From assembly GCA_948466185.1 (NCBI GenBank), contig CAOJZM010000001.1:86742-150741 (forward strand): 64,000 nt of DNA. The letters run 5' to 3'. The position numbers were made by a program, and so were the translations under genes. The notes beneath the pieces were generated by a model that was not told the origin of the DNA, did no database searches, and saw only the letters and a program-made list of their open reading frames with translations. This DNA is from an uncultured Christensenella sp. Its GTDB lineage: Bacteria; Bacillota; Clostridia; Christensenellales; UBA1242. This document shows positions 1 to 9,854 of this stretch, piece after piece (the first letter of the stretch is position 1; each line of letters opens with the position of its first letter).

Positions 1-22
1 CCGAGTTTATATTCCCCACTTC

Positions 23-51
23 TTGACAATCATTGAATTACATGATATTAT
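23..51 (+). promoter_or_regulatory. candidate sigma-A type promoter for the 1434-aa ORF
   Basis: TTGACA at 23-28, a 17-nt spacer and TATTAT at 46-51. A GGAGGAG Shine-Dalgarno precedes the ATG at 101. Confidence 0.4.
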
Positions 52-100
52 TAATATATATTAATTTTCTAAATTAAAGTGAAATTAAGAGGAGGAGAAT

Positions 101-3100
101 ATGACAACTTCCACCATCACAAATTCTGTCAATATCAACAACGAGAGAACCTTAAAACAAAACTTTACAATGACAAGCGATAATGGCGTTAGTCTTATGA
201 GTTTCAACAACGGTACCGATGAACTTGCAAGCATTGTCCGTGACAAAACTAACGCTAATAAATTATTTCTAAAACTTAAAGACGAAGTTCTTGAAAAATT
301 TCCTGAGCAGATTAAGAATGATATTTTTGGAATGGGTGGTAAAAAAATATTAGACATCGCCCCACTTTCTGATGAGGCAACCCCAATTGAAATCGACAAT
401 AAAAGTGGAGAAATAAGGGTTGAAATCAACGCAAAGGATGGTTCAAAAAAATACATCTGCAAAATAAATGCTGTTGGCATTGAGCTGGAATATGATGGAA
501 ATAAAACTTCGTATTCATCTCAAAATGAAGATGGCTCTGAAAAAGCCATCAATGTGACTATGAGCAGCAAATGTTTTGAAAGATTGATAAGTCAAGAGGA
601 CGGGTTTATAAAACTTAAAAACATTACCGCCAATTCAGATAAACTTACCCCTGCAAAAATTCCTTCCTTTATGCTTGGAACTTATTTAGATGTTATCGAT
701 AATAATAACGAGGCAGGCTCAGCACCTAAGCAGACACAAACAATTGATGTTAATAACCAAATTCAAGCATTCGCAATTTCTCTGCCAAGAAACGAGGGAA
801 ATGAGAGTTACTATTTCTGGAAAAATGAAGACGGCGACGCTTATATGTTTAACAACGGTCACCTTACTAGGCTTGAAAGTCTTGCCCTGCTTGCAACCAC
901 CGATGATGAAGGAGCTTTAAAAGAGCCGTATCTGGCACTTGGAAGCGGCTTAAAACGAGGCCGCCCTGTCTATACATACATTTCTCTTCCAACCGAGTCA
1001 AAAGTAGAGAACGTGAATAGCCCGAACGGAAAATCCACTCAAAAATCAATTAAATACCTTCCTAATAACTATGCAGAAATTATAAATGAGCTCTATAGTT
1101 TCACTGGGCTTACTCCTCCAGAAATACAGGAGGGAGCTGGAACAATATCAATAGGCCAAGACGATGGCAACAAAATAATTGCAGAAATTTCCGACTCCAA
1201 AAATGAAGCAAAATTTAAAACAAAAACCTCAAGCAAACGATTTAATTTGACAGTGGAAGAAGACAAACAGGTCATCCCTCCAAAACCACAGCCTCGTCAA
1301 AACATTCCGCCACACACTAATCCGAAACCAATAAAAGAACAGACAGGCGGTCCGAATCCTAAGGAACCAACTAAAAAGACTTTGCAAAATGGTATAGGCA
1401 ATGAAATTGACCCATTCTCACCGACTCCATTAAAAGTTGTCGACGCACCTAAATTTAAGCTTAAACCAGAGTGGGGATCGAACATTATGATGGCTGGTAT
1501 TCTTTTGATGGTCATTGCCATGGTTTTTGCACCTGCCATAGCCGCAACTTTGCTTCTTGCAATTGGCACCCCTCTTTTTGTAGGCGGCTCATGGCTTGCT
1601 GTAAACGCAGACAGACTCGCAAATCCATATCTTGATTTTAAACACAATATTATTGATCCTCTTGCAAAACATGACCGTGAACTTGAAAAAGCACAGGAAG
1701 CCTTCTGGGAGAACAATAAGGAAATCAATAAAGCAAATAATGGATATGAAGTTAGCCTTGCAATTATTGAAAATGACGAAAATCCAAACGCAGCCTTCTT
1801 GAAAGAATTGTTTGGGGATAAGTATGAAGAGTTTATAAGCAAAGAAGGCTTTTCAGCAAGAGAGGCTTTTGCAAATGACCTTGATAAACTTTTGCAACAA
1901 GAAGGGCTTACTGACGACAAACGTGACGAATTTTTGAAAAAATATTTTGGTGCAACTGGTGCATTTGGTAAGGCGGGCATTGACCTTACAACCGAACAAC
2001 TTAATGCATTACGCAACCACATGTTCAATGCCGACGCACCACTTAATGACTCTTTAAAACAAATACGTGACCTTAATGCCGCACAAGAAAGACTTGAATA
2101 TGCTCAGCAAAAATCAAATGGCATTTTAAGTAATTATGGTGAAGACTTGTTCGGAAAAATTCTCAGCAACAAAAACCTTTCTGCTGAAGATTTATCAACA
2201 GTGGTGGAACAAAATGCACTTGCTTTCGCAAAACATATTGCATATAGAAATGACTTTAACGAGCAACAAATCAACAAATTGCTTGAAAAATTGCCGGAAC
2301 CCGCACTCACCTCTCTTCAAGCTGCAATTTCACAAATAGAAAATGCACAAAAAGAAGTGGAAGGGGCAGCACAATTTCAGGCAAGCAGCGAAGATGTTAT
2401 CAAAAATCTCAACGCATATCAAGACGCTATACTTGACACTCGAACTAAACAAATACAAGATAGTGATGGGAAAAGAAGCAATTTTGTTTCAAATGATGAA
2501 CTTTCTGGGGTTATGCAGGCGGTGTATTCCGCTGTGGCCCTCGAAAATGCAAAAACAAGACGAGAAGATTTGGACAAACTCTTTGCACTTGCCCTGAATG
2601 TCGATGAGGGAACCGCACCAGCAAAACAACCTATTGCCGAAATTTTAAGCGGGGTTGCAAGTCATCCTGTCACAGCTGATGTTATTCAAAAAATACAGAA
2701 ACGCGACCAACTTTTGTACAAAGCCGGCTTCTATGCTGACATGGCAAGAAAACATGCTCAAGACTTGAACATGAATGATGTAATAGGTTCCACATTAAAT
2801 AATCAAATAGGGGCAACTTTAAGAGAAGAACTTTTGGACTTAGTTAAGAATGATCCAAAATATGAAATTTATAGAAATATGAAAACCACCGAGCTGTTCA
2901 CGACACTTCAAAGCAATGGTGTCATTGATAAAGGCTCAAAAGCTGAAAAACTTCATGCGGCATATGAGGCAGATAGGAATGTTAATAAAACAATGCAAGA
3001 TAATCTGAACTTATCTGGAATAGCCGACAAATTAAACAAAAACAGTACTGGCAAAACTTATGTTTCTGACGGCGAGGTTGACAGTTTCCATAAAACAGCA

Positions 3101-4405
3101 CTCAAAACATATCCTAAACTTAAAAATTACAATGAAATACAACAAAAAGCAATTATTAAACTTGCGCTTATTATGGACACTCAAAGGCAAAACATCATTT
3201 CATCAGTTTCTGATACTAGCATGGTGATGGATATGCTGGATTCTAAGTCGAAGGATATGTCCGCAATTTCCCTTCTCCTTGATGGCAAGTTTGAACAAGT
3301 GGTTAAAGACGAATATATCCGCCGTGCATATGAAGGCACCACATCATTAAATCAGGCCACTTCTGCACTCAAAGATACAGTTAAATTATATAACGAACAC
3401 ACCGCACCAATCCTTGCAAAACTTTCACACGATGAAAAGAAAGCCGTGAATGAACAAGATGCTGGTTCTTGGAAGGAACTTGATTCGGCGATTCAAAAAG
3501 TGGTTGGAAATGAAATACTGCCAGACGGAAGGACCTTTGAGGAGTTTTCAAAACTTAAAACAACCTTGCCTGAAGCCGCACTTTCCAAAGAGGAAAAACT
3601 TAAACAGATTGAAAAAACACGTAAAACAAAATATGCAAGTATTTCTAAATTATCTGACGCTTACATTGAATCCACTCACAGACAGGTGGAAAAAGCAATT
3701 AGAACTCTTGGCAAAAAGGAAACTCAGGGAATTTATACAGAAACCAAAAAAGACATTAAAAATAACTTTGGCCATGCTTTAGATCAAAAAACTTTAAATG
3801 CAGAAGAAGAATATCATGAATCTTCAAGTTCTGCCGCATTCGTAAGAAAAGTTGCAAAAAACAGTTATTCCACTTTGAAAAACAAAGAGATTCTTGATAG
3901 GGTTATTGAAATTATCAAAACTGTTCCTAATGACAATAACGGTCAATCAGTTGCACACGCAATTTCACAATTAAAGGAAAGCATTGACAATATTGCACAA
4001 AACGGACTCACTTCTGAACAATTGAAGGAGCTTCCGGGCCTTTCCACCTCTGACGTTCAAAAAATCCTCAAAGAAATGAACATTCCTCTTCCTAAACCAG
4101 AAAAAGATGGACATTATGATTGGAATGCTTATATAAAAAGACTTGAGACAGTCACTAAAGAACGTGCTAAAGCACTTAAAAATGAGCAAAAAACTTTTGA
4201 AAGTTCAATATTAGGTCAGAAAAGACAAGAAGCTCGTCAAGTTGGCAGAAAACGTTTAAGAAAAAATCTCAATAAAACAAAAGATTTAGTTAAAAATAAA
4301 CAAGCTAAATTTAAAAAGCCTGAAGCTGCAAATGAGGCTGAGGAACCTGTTCTTCCAGCACCAGTTCGCAACAATGAACTTGATGGAGAACAAGACGTAA
4401 ATTAA
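101..4405 (+). CDS. large hypothetical protein (1434 aa) with a central hydrophobic hairpin and a long helical-looking C-terminal region
   Basis: Uninterrupted 4.3-kb ORF with a strong RBS. There is no N-terminal signal peptide. A Pro/Lys-rich linker (IPPKPQPRQNIPPHTNPKPIKEQTGGPNPKEP) precedes a single ~45-residue hydrophobic stretch (IMMAGILLMVIAMVFAPAIAATLLLAIGTPLFVGGSWLAV). About 900 aa rich in K/E/A/L/Q follow, ending in a Lys/Arg-rich tail. I recognise no family by eye. Confidence 0.8.
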   Translation: MTTSTITNSVNINNERTLKQNFTMTSDNGVSLMSFNNGTDELASIVRDKTNANKLFLKLKDEVLEKFPEQIKNDIFGMGGKKILDIAPLSDEATPIEIDNKSGEIRVEINAKDGSKKYICKINAVGIELEYDGNKTSYSSQNEDGSEKAINVTMSSKCFERLISQEDGFIKLKNITANSDKLTPAKIPSFMLGTYLDVIDNNNEAGSAPKQTQTIDVNNQIQAFAISLPRNEGNESYYFWKNEDGDAYMFNNGHLTRLESLALLATTDDEGALKEPYLALGSGLKRGRPVYTYISLPTESKVENVNSPNGKSTQKSIKYLPNNYAEIINELYSFTGLTPPEIQEGAGTISIGQDDGNKIIAEISDSKNEAKFKTKTSSKRFNLTVEEDKQVIPPKPQPRQNIPPHTNPKPIKEQTGGPNPKEPTKKTLQNGIGNEIDPFSPTPLKVVDAPKFKLKPEWGSNIMMAGILLMVIAMVFAPAIAATLLLAIGTPLFVGGSWLAVNADRLANPYLDFKHNIIDPLAKHDRELEKAQEAFWENNKEINKANNGYEVSLAIIENDENPNAAFLKELFGDKYEEFISKEGFSAREAFANDLDKLLQQEGLTDDKRDEFLKKYFGATGAFGKAGIDLTTEQLNALRNHMFNADAPLNDSLKQIRDLNAAQERLEYAQQKSNGILSNYGEDLFGKILSNKNLSAEDLSTVVEQNALAFAKHIAYRNDFNEQQINKLLEKLPEPALTSLQAAISQIENAQKEVEGAAQFQASSEDVIKNLNAYQDAILDTRTKQIQDSDGKRSNFVSNDELSGVMQAVYSAVALENAKTRREDLDKLFALALNVDEGTAPAKQPIAEILSGVASHPVTADVIQKIQKRDQLLYKAGFYADMARKHAQDLNMNDVIGSTLNNQIGATLREELLDLVKNDPKYEIYRNMKTTELFTTLQSNGVIDKGSKAEKLHAAYEADRNVNKTMQDNLNLSGIADKLNKNSTGKTYVSDGEVDSFHKTALKTYPKLKNYNEIQQKAIIKLALIMDTQRQNIISSVSDTSMVMDMLDSKSKDMSAISLLLDGKFEQVVKDEYIRRAYEGTTSLNQATSALKDTVKLYNEHTAPILAKLSHDEKKAVNEQDAGSWKELDSAIQKVVGNEILPDGRTFEEFSKLKTTLPEAALSKEEKLKQIEKTRKTKYASISKLSDAYIESTHRQVEKAIRTLGKKETQGIYTETKKDIKNNFGHALDQKTLNAEEEYHESSSSAAFVRKVAKNSYSTLKNKEILDRVIEIIKTVPNDNNGQSVAHAISQLKESIDNIAQNGLTSEQLKELPGLSTSDVQKILKEMNIPLPKPEKDGHYDWNAYIKRLETVTKERAKALKNEQKTFESSILGQKRQEARQVGRKRLRKNLNKTKDLVKNKQAKFKKPEAANEAEEPVLPAPVRNNELDGEQDVN

Positions 4406-4425
4406 ACTTGATAATAATGGTTATG

Positions 4426-4463
4426 GGAAGTAGATAAATTTTCTATAGGAAAATCTCTACTTC
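4426..4463 (+). terminator. possible stem-loop terminator after the 1434-aa ORF
   Basis: A 9-bp stem (GGAAGTAGA at 4426-4434 with TCTACTTCC at 4455-4463) encloses an inner TTTTC/GAAAA pairing. The trailing sequence is only moderately T-rich. Confidence 0.35.
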
Positions 4464-4504
4464 CTTATGCCATTTTAAAGACAAATATAAAAGGAATAAA
4501 ATTT

Positions 4505-5590
4505 ATGAAAATAGGTGTAGTTGGATTACCAAATGTGGGCAAAAGCACCCTTTTTAACGCTATAACCGAGGCAGGAGCAGAAAGTGCAAACTATCCTTTC
4601 TGCACCATCGAGCCAAACGTGGGTATTGTGGATGTGCCCGATGCACGACTTGGCAAACTAGCCGAGCTTTATCATACCCAAAAGATAACACCCGCTTCAA
4701 TTGAGTTTGTGGATATTGCAGGCCTTGTTGCAGGTGCAAGTCATGGCGAAGGACTTGGAAACAAGTTTTTAAGTCACATTCGCGAAGTTGACGCAATCGT
4801 ACATGTTGTGCGTTGCTTTGACGATGGCAACATCATCCATGTCAGTGGAGGTGTTGACCCTATTCGAGATATCGAGATAATCAATCTTGAACTTATTCTG
4901 GCAGACCTTGAAGTTGTAACTAAGAAATATGAAAAAGACGGCAAACTTGCAAGGAATGACAAATCGCTTGTTCCAAGCGTGGACCTTCTTTCAAAAGTAA
5001 AAACTGCTTTAGAAAACAATCAACTTGTAAGAAGTCTTGAATATACAGCAGATGAACAAGAACTCTTAAAAGGTCTCCAACTTTTGACTGCAAAACCAGT
5101 TATCTATGTTGCCAATGTCAGCGAGCGTTTTACCTTTACAGAAAAAGAATACGTTGAAAAAGTAAAAGCAAATGCCGAAAAAGAAAACGCAAAAGTCATT
5201 TCACTTTGTGCCAAGATTGAAGAGGAACTCACTTCCCTTCCCCCTGAAGACCGCGAGATGTTCAAAGCGGAACTTGGAATTGAAGAAAGTGGACTTGAAA
5301 AACTTGTCACGGCAAGTTATGATCTGCTTGGACTTATGAGTTACCTAACCGCAGGAGAAAAGGAAGTGCGCGCATGGACCATTAGAAAGGGAACAAAGGC
5401 ACCTGAGGCAGCAGGAAAGATTCACTCCGACTTTGAAAAGGGATTCATTAAAGCAGAAATCGTTTCTTATGATGACCTTATGGAAGCAGGCAGCTTTATC
5501 AAGGCTAAGGAAAAGGGAAAGGTACGCATTGAAGGTAAAGAATATGTTGTTCAAGATGGCGATGTGGTACTGTTTAGGTTCAATGTATGA
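4505..5590 (+). CDS. ychF: ribosome-binding ATPase YchF (Obg-family GTPase/ATPase)
   Basis: The N-terminus [21 protein letters not shown] carries the G1 P-loop. The C-terminus matches the YchF TGS-like end ([19 protein letters not shown]), and 361 aa is the typical length. Confidence 0.95.
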   Translation: MKIGVVGLPNVGKSTLFNAITEAGAESANYPFCTIEPNVGIVDVPDARLGKLAELYHTQKITPASIEFVDIAGLVAGASHGEGLGNKFLSHIREVDAIVHVVRCFDDGNIIHVSGGVDPIRDIEIINLELILADLEVVTKKYEKDGKLARNDKSLVPSVDLLSKVKTALENNQLVRSLEYTADEQELLKGLQLLTAKPVIYVANVSERFTFTEKEYVEKVKANAEKENAKVISLCAKIEEELTSLPPEDREMFKAELGIEESGLEKLVTASYDLLGLMSYLTAGEKEVRAWTIRKGTKAPEAAGKIHSDFEKGFIKAEIVSYDDLMEAGSFIKAKEKGKVRIEGKEYVVQDGDVVLFRFNV

Positions 5591-5979
5591 TGGATAAGAA
5601 AGAATTACTTAAAAAATTAAAAGAAACAAATCTACTTTCTCTAGCCTTTATAGGCGACAGTGTTCATACCCTATTTGTACGTGAATATGTACTTAACACA
5701 AGCCAAGGCAAAATGCAAAACTATCACACCCTATCCGCCAAATATTGCAAGGCGGAAACGCAAGCAAAAACTCTTGAAAAAATAAAGCCAATTCTAACTG
5801 AAGAAGAGCACGAGATTATTCGCCGTGCAAGAAATGCAAAACCAAAACATCAAGCGAAGAATGCAAGCCACGCAAGTTACACCGAAGCAACAAGTTTTGA
5901 GGCATTGATCGGCTTTCTATACCTAAGCGAAAATGAAAAGAGATTAAATGAGATTTTACAACTTTCAGTTGAAGATTAA
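5587..5979 (+). CDS. mrnC: mini-ribonuclease III
   Basis: LAFIGDSVHTLFVREYV and TSFEALIGFLYL motifs in 130 aa. The start overlaps the ychF stop by 4 nt, and the gene lies in the Bacillus-like mrnC-rlmB-sigH order. Confidence 0.85.
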   Translation: MMDKKELLKKLKETNLLSLAFIGDSVHTLFVREYVLNTSQGKMQNYHTLSAKYCKAETQAKTLEKIKPILTEEEHEIIRRARNAKPKHQAKNASHASYTEATSFEALIGFLYLSENEKRLNEILQLSVED

Positions 5980-5993
5980 AAGGAAAACATTAT

Positions 5994-6716
5994 ATGTTAA
6001 TTGAAGGGAAAAATGCTGTTAGACAGGCACTTGACAGCGAAATGACAATAAATAAACTTATGGTCGATAGAAACCTTGAGCATCGCCATGATGAGATAGT
6101 CACCAGTGCGTATAAAAACAAAATACGTGTTGAGTTTCTACCAAAGCCAGTCCTTGACAAAAAGTCACAAACGGGACATCATCAAGGATATATCGCAGAA
6201 GCTGTTGAATTTCAATACAGCGAGCTAGAGGACATTCTCACAAAAGCAAAGGAAAGTGGACAGCCCCCTTTCGTCGTACTTCTTGACGGAATTGAAGATC
6301 CGCACAATTTTGGTGCAATAATCCGTTCCTGTGAGTGTGCTGGCGTGCATGGAATTATCATTCCTAAAAATCGCGCTTGCCAAGTGAATGAAACCGTAAT
6401 TCGCACAAGCACTGGCGCAATTTCAAATATGCTTATTGCAAAAGTAACCAACCTAAAAGAAGCCATTGACTATCTCAAAGATAACGATGTTTGGGTATAT
6501 GTCGCAGAAACTGGAGGAGAAAATATATACAGTAAAAAACTTAATGGAGCAGTTGCTGTTGTAATCGGGTCAGAAGGAAATGGGGTTAAGCAATCAATTC
6601 GTTCTTATTGCGACGGCATTATTACCCTTCCACTTAAAGGAAAAGTAAATTCCCTCAACGCAAGTGTCGCATGCGGAATTGTTATCTTTGAAGTTTTAAG
6701 ACAAAGAGAGCTTTAG
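5994..6716 (+). CDS. rlmB: SpoU/TrmH-family 23S rRNA 2'-O-methyltransferase (RlmB/YacO-like)
   Basis: SpoU motifs are present (LDGIEDPHNFGAIIRS, VIGSEGNGV, IPLKGKVNSLNASVACGI). The gene sits between mrnC and sigH. Confidence 0.85.
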   Translation: MLIEGKNAVRQALDSEMTINKLMVDRNLEHRHDEIVTSAYKNKIRVEFLPKPVLDKKSQTGHHQGYIAEAVEFQYSELEDILTKAKESGQPPFVVLLDGIEDPHNFGAIIRSCECAGVHGIIIPKNRACQVNETVIRTSTGAISNMLIAKVTNLKEAIDYLKDNDVWVYVAETGGENIYSKKLNGAVAVVIGSEGNGVKQSIRSYCDGIITLPLKGKVNSLNASVACGIVIFEVLRQREL

Positions 6717-6752
6717 CCTCAAACCAAAATATCAAAAGAGGAGATAAAAATC

Positions 6753-7346
6753 ATGACAGAAGAACTTCTCGCTTTAAACGCCAAATCTGGCGATGAAAAA
6801 GCAATGAATGAACTTTTAATTAAATATAAAAGTATTGTAAATAAAATTGCAAGAAGTTATTTCCTTGTTGGCGGTGATATGGAGGATATTGTTCAAGAAG
6901 GAACAATAGGCTTATATAAAGCGATTTTGGGATTTAATCCAAATCGTAGCACTTCCTTCAAAACTTTTGCAGTCATTTGCATTAAACACCAAATTCAAAC
7001 CGCAATCAAGATTGCAAGTTCTGAAAAAAACAAAATTCTTTCCTCTGCCCTACCAATCTGGGAACAGAGCGATGGAGATGAGGGTTATGAATCAAAATTA
7101 GAGATTATCATTCCATCCGACCTCCCATCTCCTGATGACAGCATAATTGCAAATGAAAATATTCAAGAATTAAAAGCAAAAATTAAAAAATCGCTTTCAC
7201 CTTTAGAGGTAAAGGTGTTAAACTTATATTTGAAAGGTTATAGTTACAAGGAAATATCCGACCTTGGCGAGATTTCCAAAAAAAGTATTGACAATGCTTT
7301 AACTCGGATAAAAAACAAACTGACTTTCTTAAAGAAAGCCGAATAA
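6753..7346 (+). CDS. sigH: RNA polymerase sigma factor SigH
   Basis: ARSYFLVGGDMEDIVQEGTIGLYKAILGFNPNRSTSFKTFAVICIKHQIQTAIK closely parallels Bacillus SigH region 2. A C-terminal region-4 HTH is present (YKEISDLGEISKKSIDNALTRIKNKL). The synteny also fits. Confidence 0.85.
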   Translation: MTEELLALNAKSGDEKAMNELLIKYKSIVNKIARSYFLVGGDMEDIVQEGTIGLYKAILGFNPNRSTSFKTFAVICIKHQIQTAIKIASSEKNKILSSALPIWEQSDGDEGYESKLEIIIPSDLPSPDDSIIANENIQELKAKIKKSLSPLEVKVLNLYLKGYSYKEISDLGEISKKSIDNALTRIKNKLTFLKKAE

Positions 7347-7355
7347 GGAGAAATT

Positions 7356-9338
7356 ATGAACAACTTTGAGCGTCCAAGACCAATATTCCCAAAGCGTGCC
7401 GTTATCACTGGCGGTATGCCAAACGGAGGCAAACATCTCACTTTCGCACATGTTGGACTTATGCTTCGCACCGATACTTTTGCACGCTTTATGCGTGACC
7501 GTATTGGCAGTGAGAATGTAATTTTTATTTCAGGCACCGACTGCTACGGCTCGCCACCCATGGAAAAATATCGTGCACTTAAAGAAAAAGGGCAAATCCC
7601 TGAAAATTTAAGTTTGCATGATTTTAGTGAACAGTTATATCACGAACATGAAAAAGTTTTTGCTGATGCTGGTGTTTCTTTTAACATTTATGGAGCTTCT
7701 GCATTCGGAAAAACTAAAGCTATGCACGAAAAAGTTAGTTGCGAAATTGTAGAAAGACTTGCTTCGCTCGGAATGGTGGAAAAACAGGCAAGCTATATGT
7801 TTTTTGATGAACAAGCGGGAGTAATTTTGAACGGACGCCAAGTAACTGGCAAATGCCCTGTTGAAGGATGTCAAGGCGAACATGGCTATGCTGAAACTTG
7901 CGACCTTGGGCATCAATATCTTCCTCAAGATTTAATTAATCCCATAAGTGCTTTAACCGGCACAGTGCCAAAACTTATTAAAGTGGAAAACTTATATTTT
8001 AAACTTGATGAGTGCCAACATATATTGCTCGAGTGGATTAATGATATCGCATCATGCTCTGACACCCCAAGTTTCATGGTAAAAGAACTGAAAGAATTTT
8101 TAAAAAACCCTGAAATCTATGTAAAACGAGATTACAGAAATATTGTTGAAAAACTCAATCTGCCAAAATATGAAATTGAGGGCAAGGAAACTGCCCCTAG
8201 TTTTACAATGGTGTTTGACAAACTTTCGGACCGCGAAAAAGCCTGTGAAAAATTGTCAGCCGAAGGCGTAAGATACCGTACCGGAAAAACATTGACACCT
8301 TTTCGTCTGACTGGCGATCTTGAATGGGGGGTGCCATGTCCAGAAATTTGTGGAATTAAAAATACAACCTTTTATGTATGGCCAGAAAGTTTATGGGCAC
8401 CTATTTCTTTTTGCCGCACTTATCTTGAAAGTAAAGGCTTCAATGAGGATGAATGGAAGAAATATTGGTGTAGCGATGATTCGGAAATTTATCAATTTAT
8501 TGGTGAGGATAATCTTTATTTTTATGGACCTGCACAGCAAGCTATATGGCTGTATACACAAGGTATATCCCCTAAACTTCATGCACCAGAAGGACAGCTT
8601 CATGTAAGCAAGCTTGTCCCAATTAAAACACTTTTATTGCAAGGACTCAAAGCAGGAAGCAGCGGAACGGTCCGTGCGCCTCTTGCAGATGAAATTTTGC
8701 AATACTACACCTCAGACCAATATCGCATGCACTTTCTCGGCATGAACCTTGGAAACAATAGCGTGGCATTTTGTCCAAAACCTTTCAATGAGAATGCAAA
8801 GCCGGAGGATACCGACCCAGTGCTTAAAGAAGGTAATCTCCTTACAAACGTTTATAATCGGATTTTGAGGACCCTGTTCTATTCACTACAAAAAGATTTT
8901 GATGGACAATTACCTCGATGCGAAATAGATGCTGATATCAAAGCACAATGCAAGAAAGTGGCACTTGATTATGAAAGATTTATGTACGACAAAAAGTTCC
9001 ACCAAGTAATCAATGTCCTTGATGTGTTTGTTAGAAACATAAATAAATATTGGGTAAAAGAAGTACCAAATGCTGATACAATCGAAAAGAAAGCAAAATT
9101 ATGTGCAAATACTGCCGAAATGATTAAATCAGCAAATATCTTGCTTCATCCTATTTCCCCTATTGGCACTGAAAAAGTACGTGAGTATATGGGACTAGAT
9201 GAACGCAGTTTTGATTGGAACTACATTTTTGAAGATGTTTACTTCTTCACAAAAACTTGTAAATTTAAAACTTTGCAAGAAAAAGAAGATTTTTTCAAAA
9301 AACATCAATCACAACTTGACACTCTTGCAAATTTATGA
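7356..9338 (+). CDS. class I aminoacyl-tRNA synthetase family protein, MetRS-like, with non-canonical signature motifs
   Basis: The layout is MetRS-like: PNGGKHLTFAHVG...ISGTDCYGSP, a Cys knuckle (CPVEGCQGEHGYAETCDLGH) and a DQYRMHFL helix region. HIGH reads HLTFAH, and the KMSKS position reads LKAGSSG. The RBS AAGGAG lies 9 nt after the sigH stop. Confidence 0.7.
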   Translation: MNNFERPRPIFPKRAVITGGMPNGGKHLTFAHVGLMLRTDTFARFMRDRIGSENVIFISGTDCYGSPPMEKYRALKEKGQIPENLSLHDFSEQLYHEHEKVFADAGVSFNIYGASAFGKTKAMHEKVSCEIVERLASLGMVEKQASYMFFDEQAGVILNGRQVTGKCPVEGCQGEHGYAETCDLGHQYLPQDLINPISALTGTVPKLIKVENLYFKLDECQHILLEWINDIASCSDTPSFMVKELKEFLKNPEIYVKRDYRNIVEKLNLPKYEIEGKETAPSFTMVFDKLSDREKACEKLSAEGVRYRTGKTLTPFRLTGDLEWGVPCPEICGIKNTTFYVWPESLWAPISFCRTYLESKGFNEDEWKKYWCSDDSEIYQFIGEDNLYFYGPAQQAIWLYTQGISPKLHAPEGQLHVSKLVPIKTLLLQGLKAGSSGTVRAPLADEILQYYTSDQYRMHFLGMNLGNNSVAFCPKPFNENAKPEDTDPVLKEGNLLTNVYNRILRTLFYSLQKDFDGQLPRCEIDADIKAQCKKVALDYERFMYDKKFHQVINVLDVFVRNINKYWVKEVPNADTIEKKAKLCANTAEMIKSANILLHPISPIGTEKVREYMGLDERSFDWNYIFEDVYFFTKTCKFKTLQEKEDFFKKHQSQLDTLANL

Positions 9339-9375
9339 TATAAATTGACTCCACCAATGGAGAAAGGAGGGAAAT

Positions 9376-9780
9376 ATGCTAAAATTAAAAAAGAAGTATC
9401 GTTTTATCAATGATATCGAAAAAGCAAGGGAGATTTTTGATGAATTCATTACAGTAAAAGGCGAAAGAATTACAACTGTGGATATTGAAGACGATAATTA
9501 TTCTGCAGTTATTGACTGGTATGAATTTGACAAACCAGACCCAGATAGAAGAGAAGATAATGTGTGGATCGGAAGATCCAAATTGATAATAACCAATGAC
9601 TTTGAGGTTGTCGCAGATTCCGAATTTTATAACAACGAAACTGCAACAGAAAGCTTACGTACCTACCAAACCAAAACAATAGGCGAAGAATACGTTAATG
9701 CTTTGGAAAAATATCTAAGGAAAAACACAAATAAGGAAATCAAGAAATATAAAAAATTACTTGAAACTGAAGCAGAATAA
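9376..9780 (+). CDS. hypothetical protein (134 aa)
   Basis: ORF with a GGAGAAAGGAGGG RBS, followed by a clean terminator. I recognise no family. Confidence 0.7.
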   Translation: MLKLKKKYRFINDIEKAREIFDEFITVKGERITTVDIEDDNYSAVIDWYEFDKPDPDRREDNVWIGRSKLIITNDFEVVADSEFYNNETATESLRTYQTKTIGEEYVNALEKYLRKNTNKEIKKYKKLLETEAE

Positions 9781-9790
9781 ATTCAAAAAT

Positions 9791-9818
9791 AAAAAGATGG
9801 GCAAAACCCATCTTTTTA
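9791..9818 (+). terminator. rho-independent terminator
   Basis: AGATGGG-CAAAA-CCCATCT stem-loop followed by a T-run. Confidence 0.8.
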
Positions 9819-9854
9819 TTTTGATATTTTGAAAAATTCGGTTAAAATAAAACT

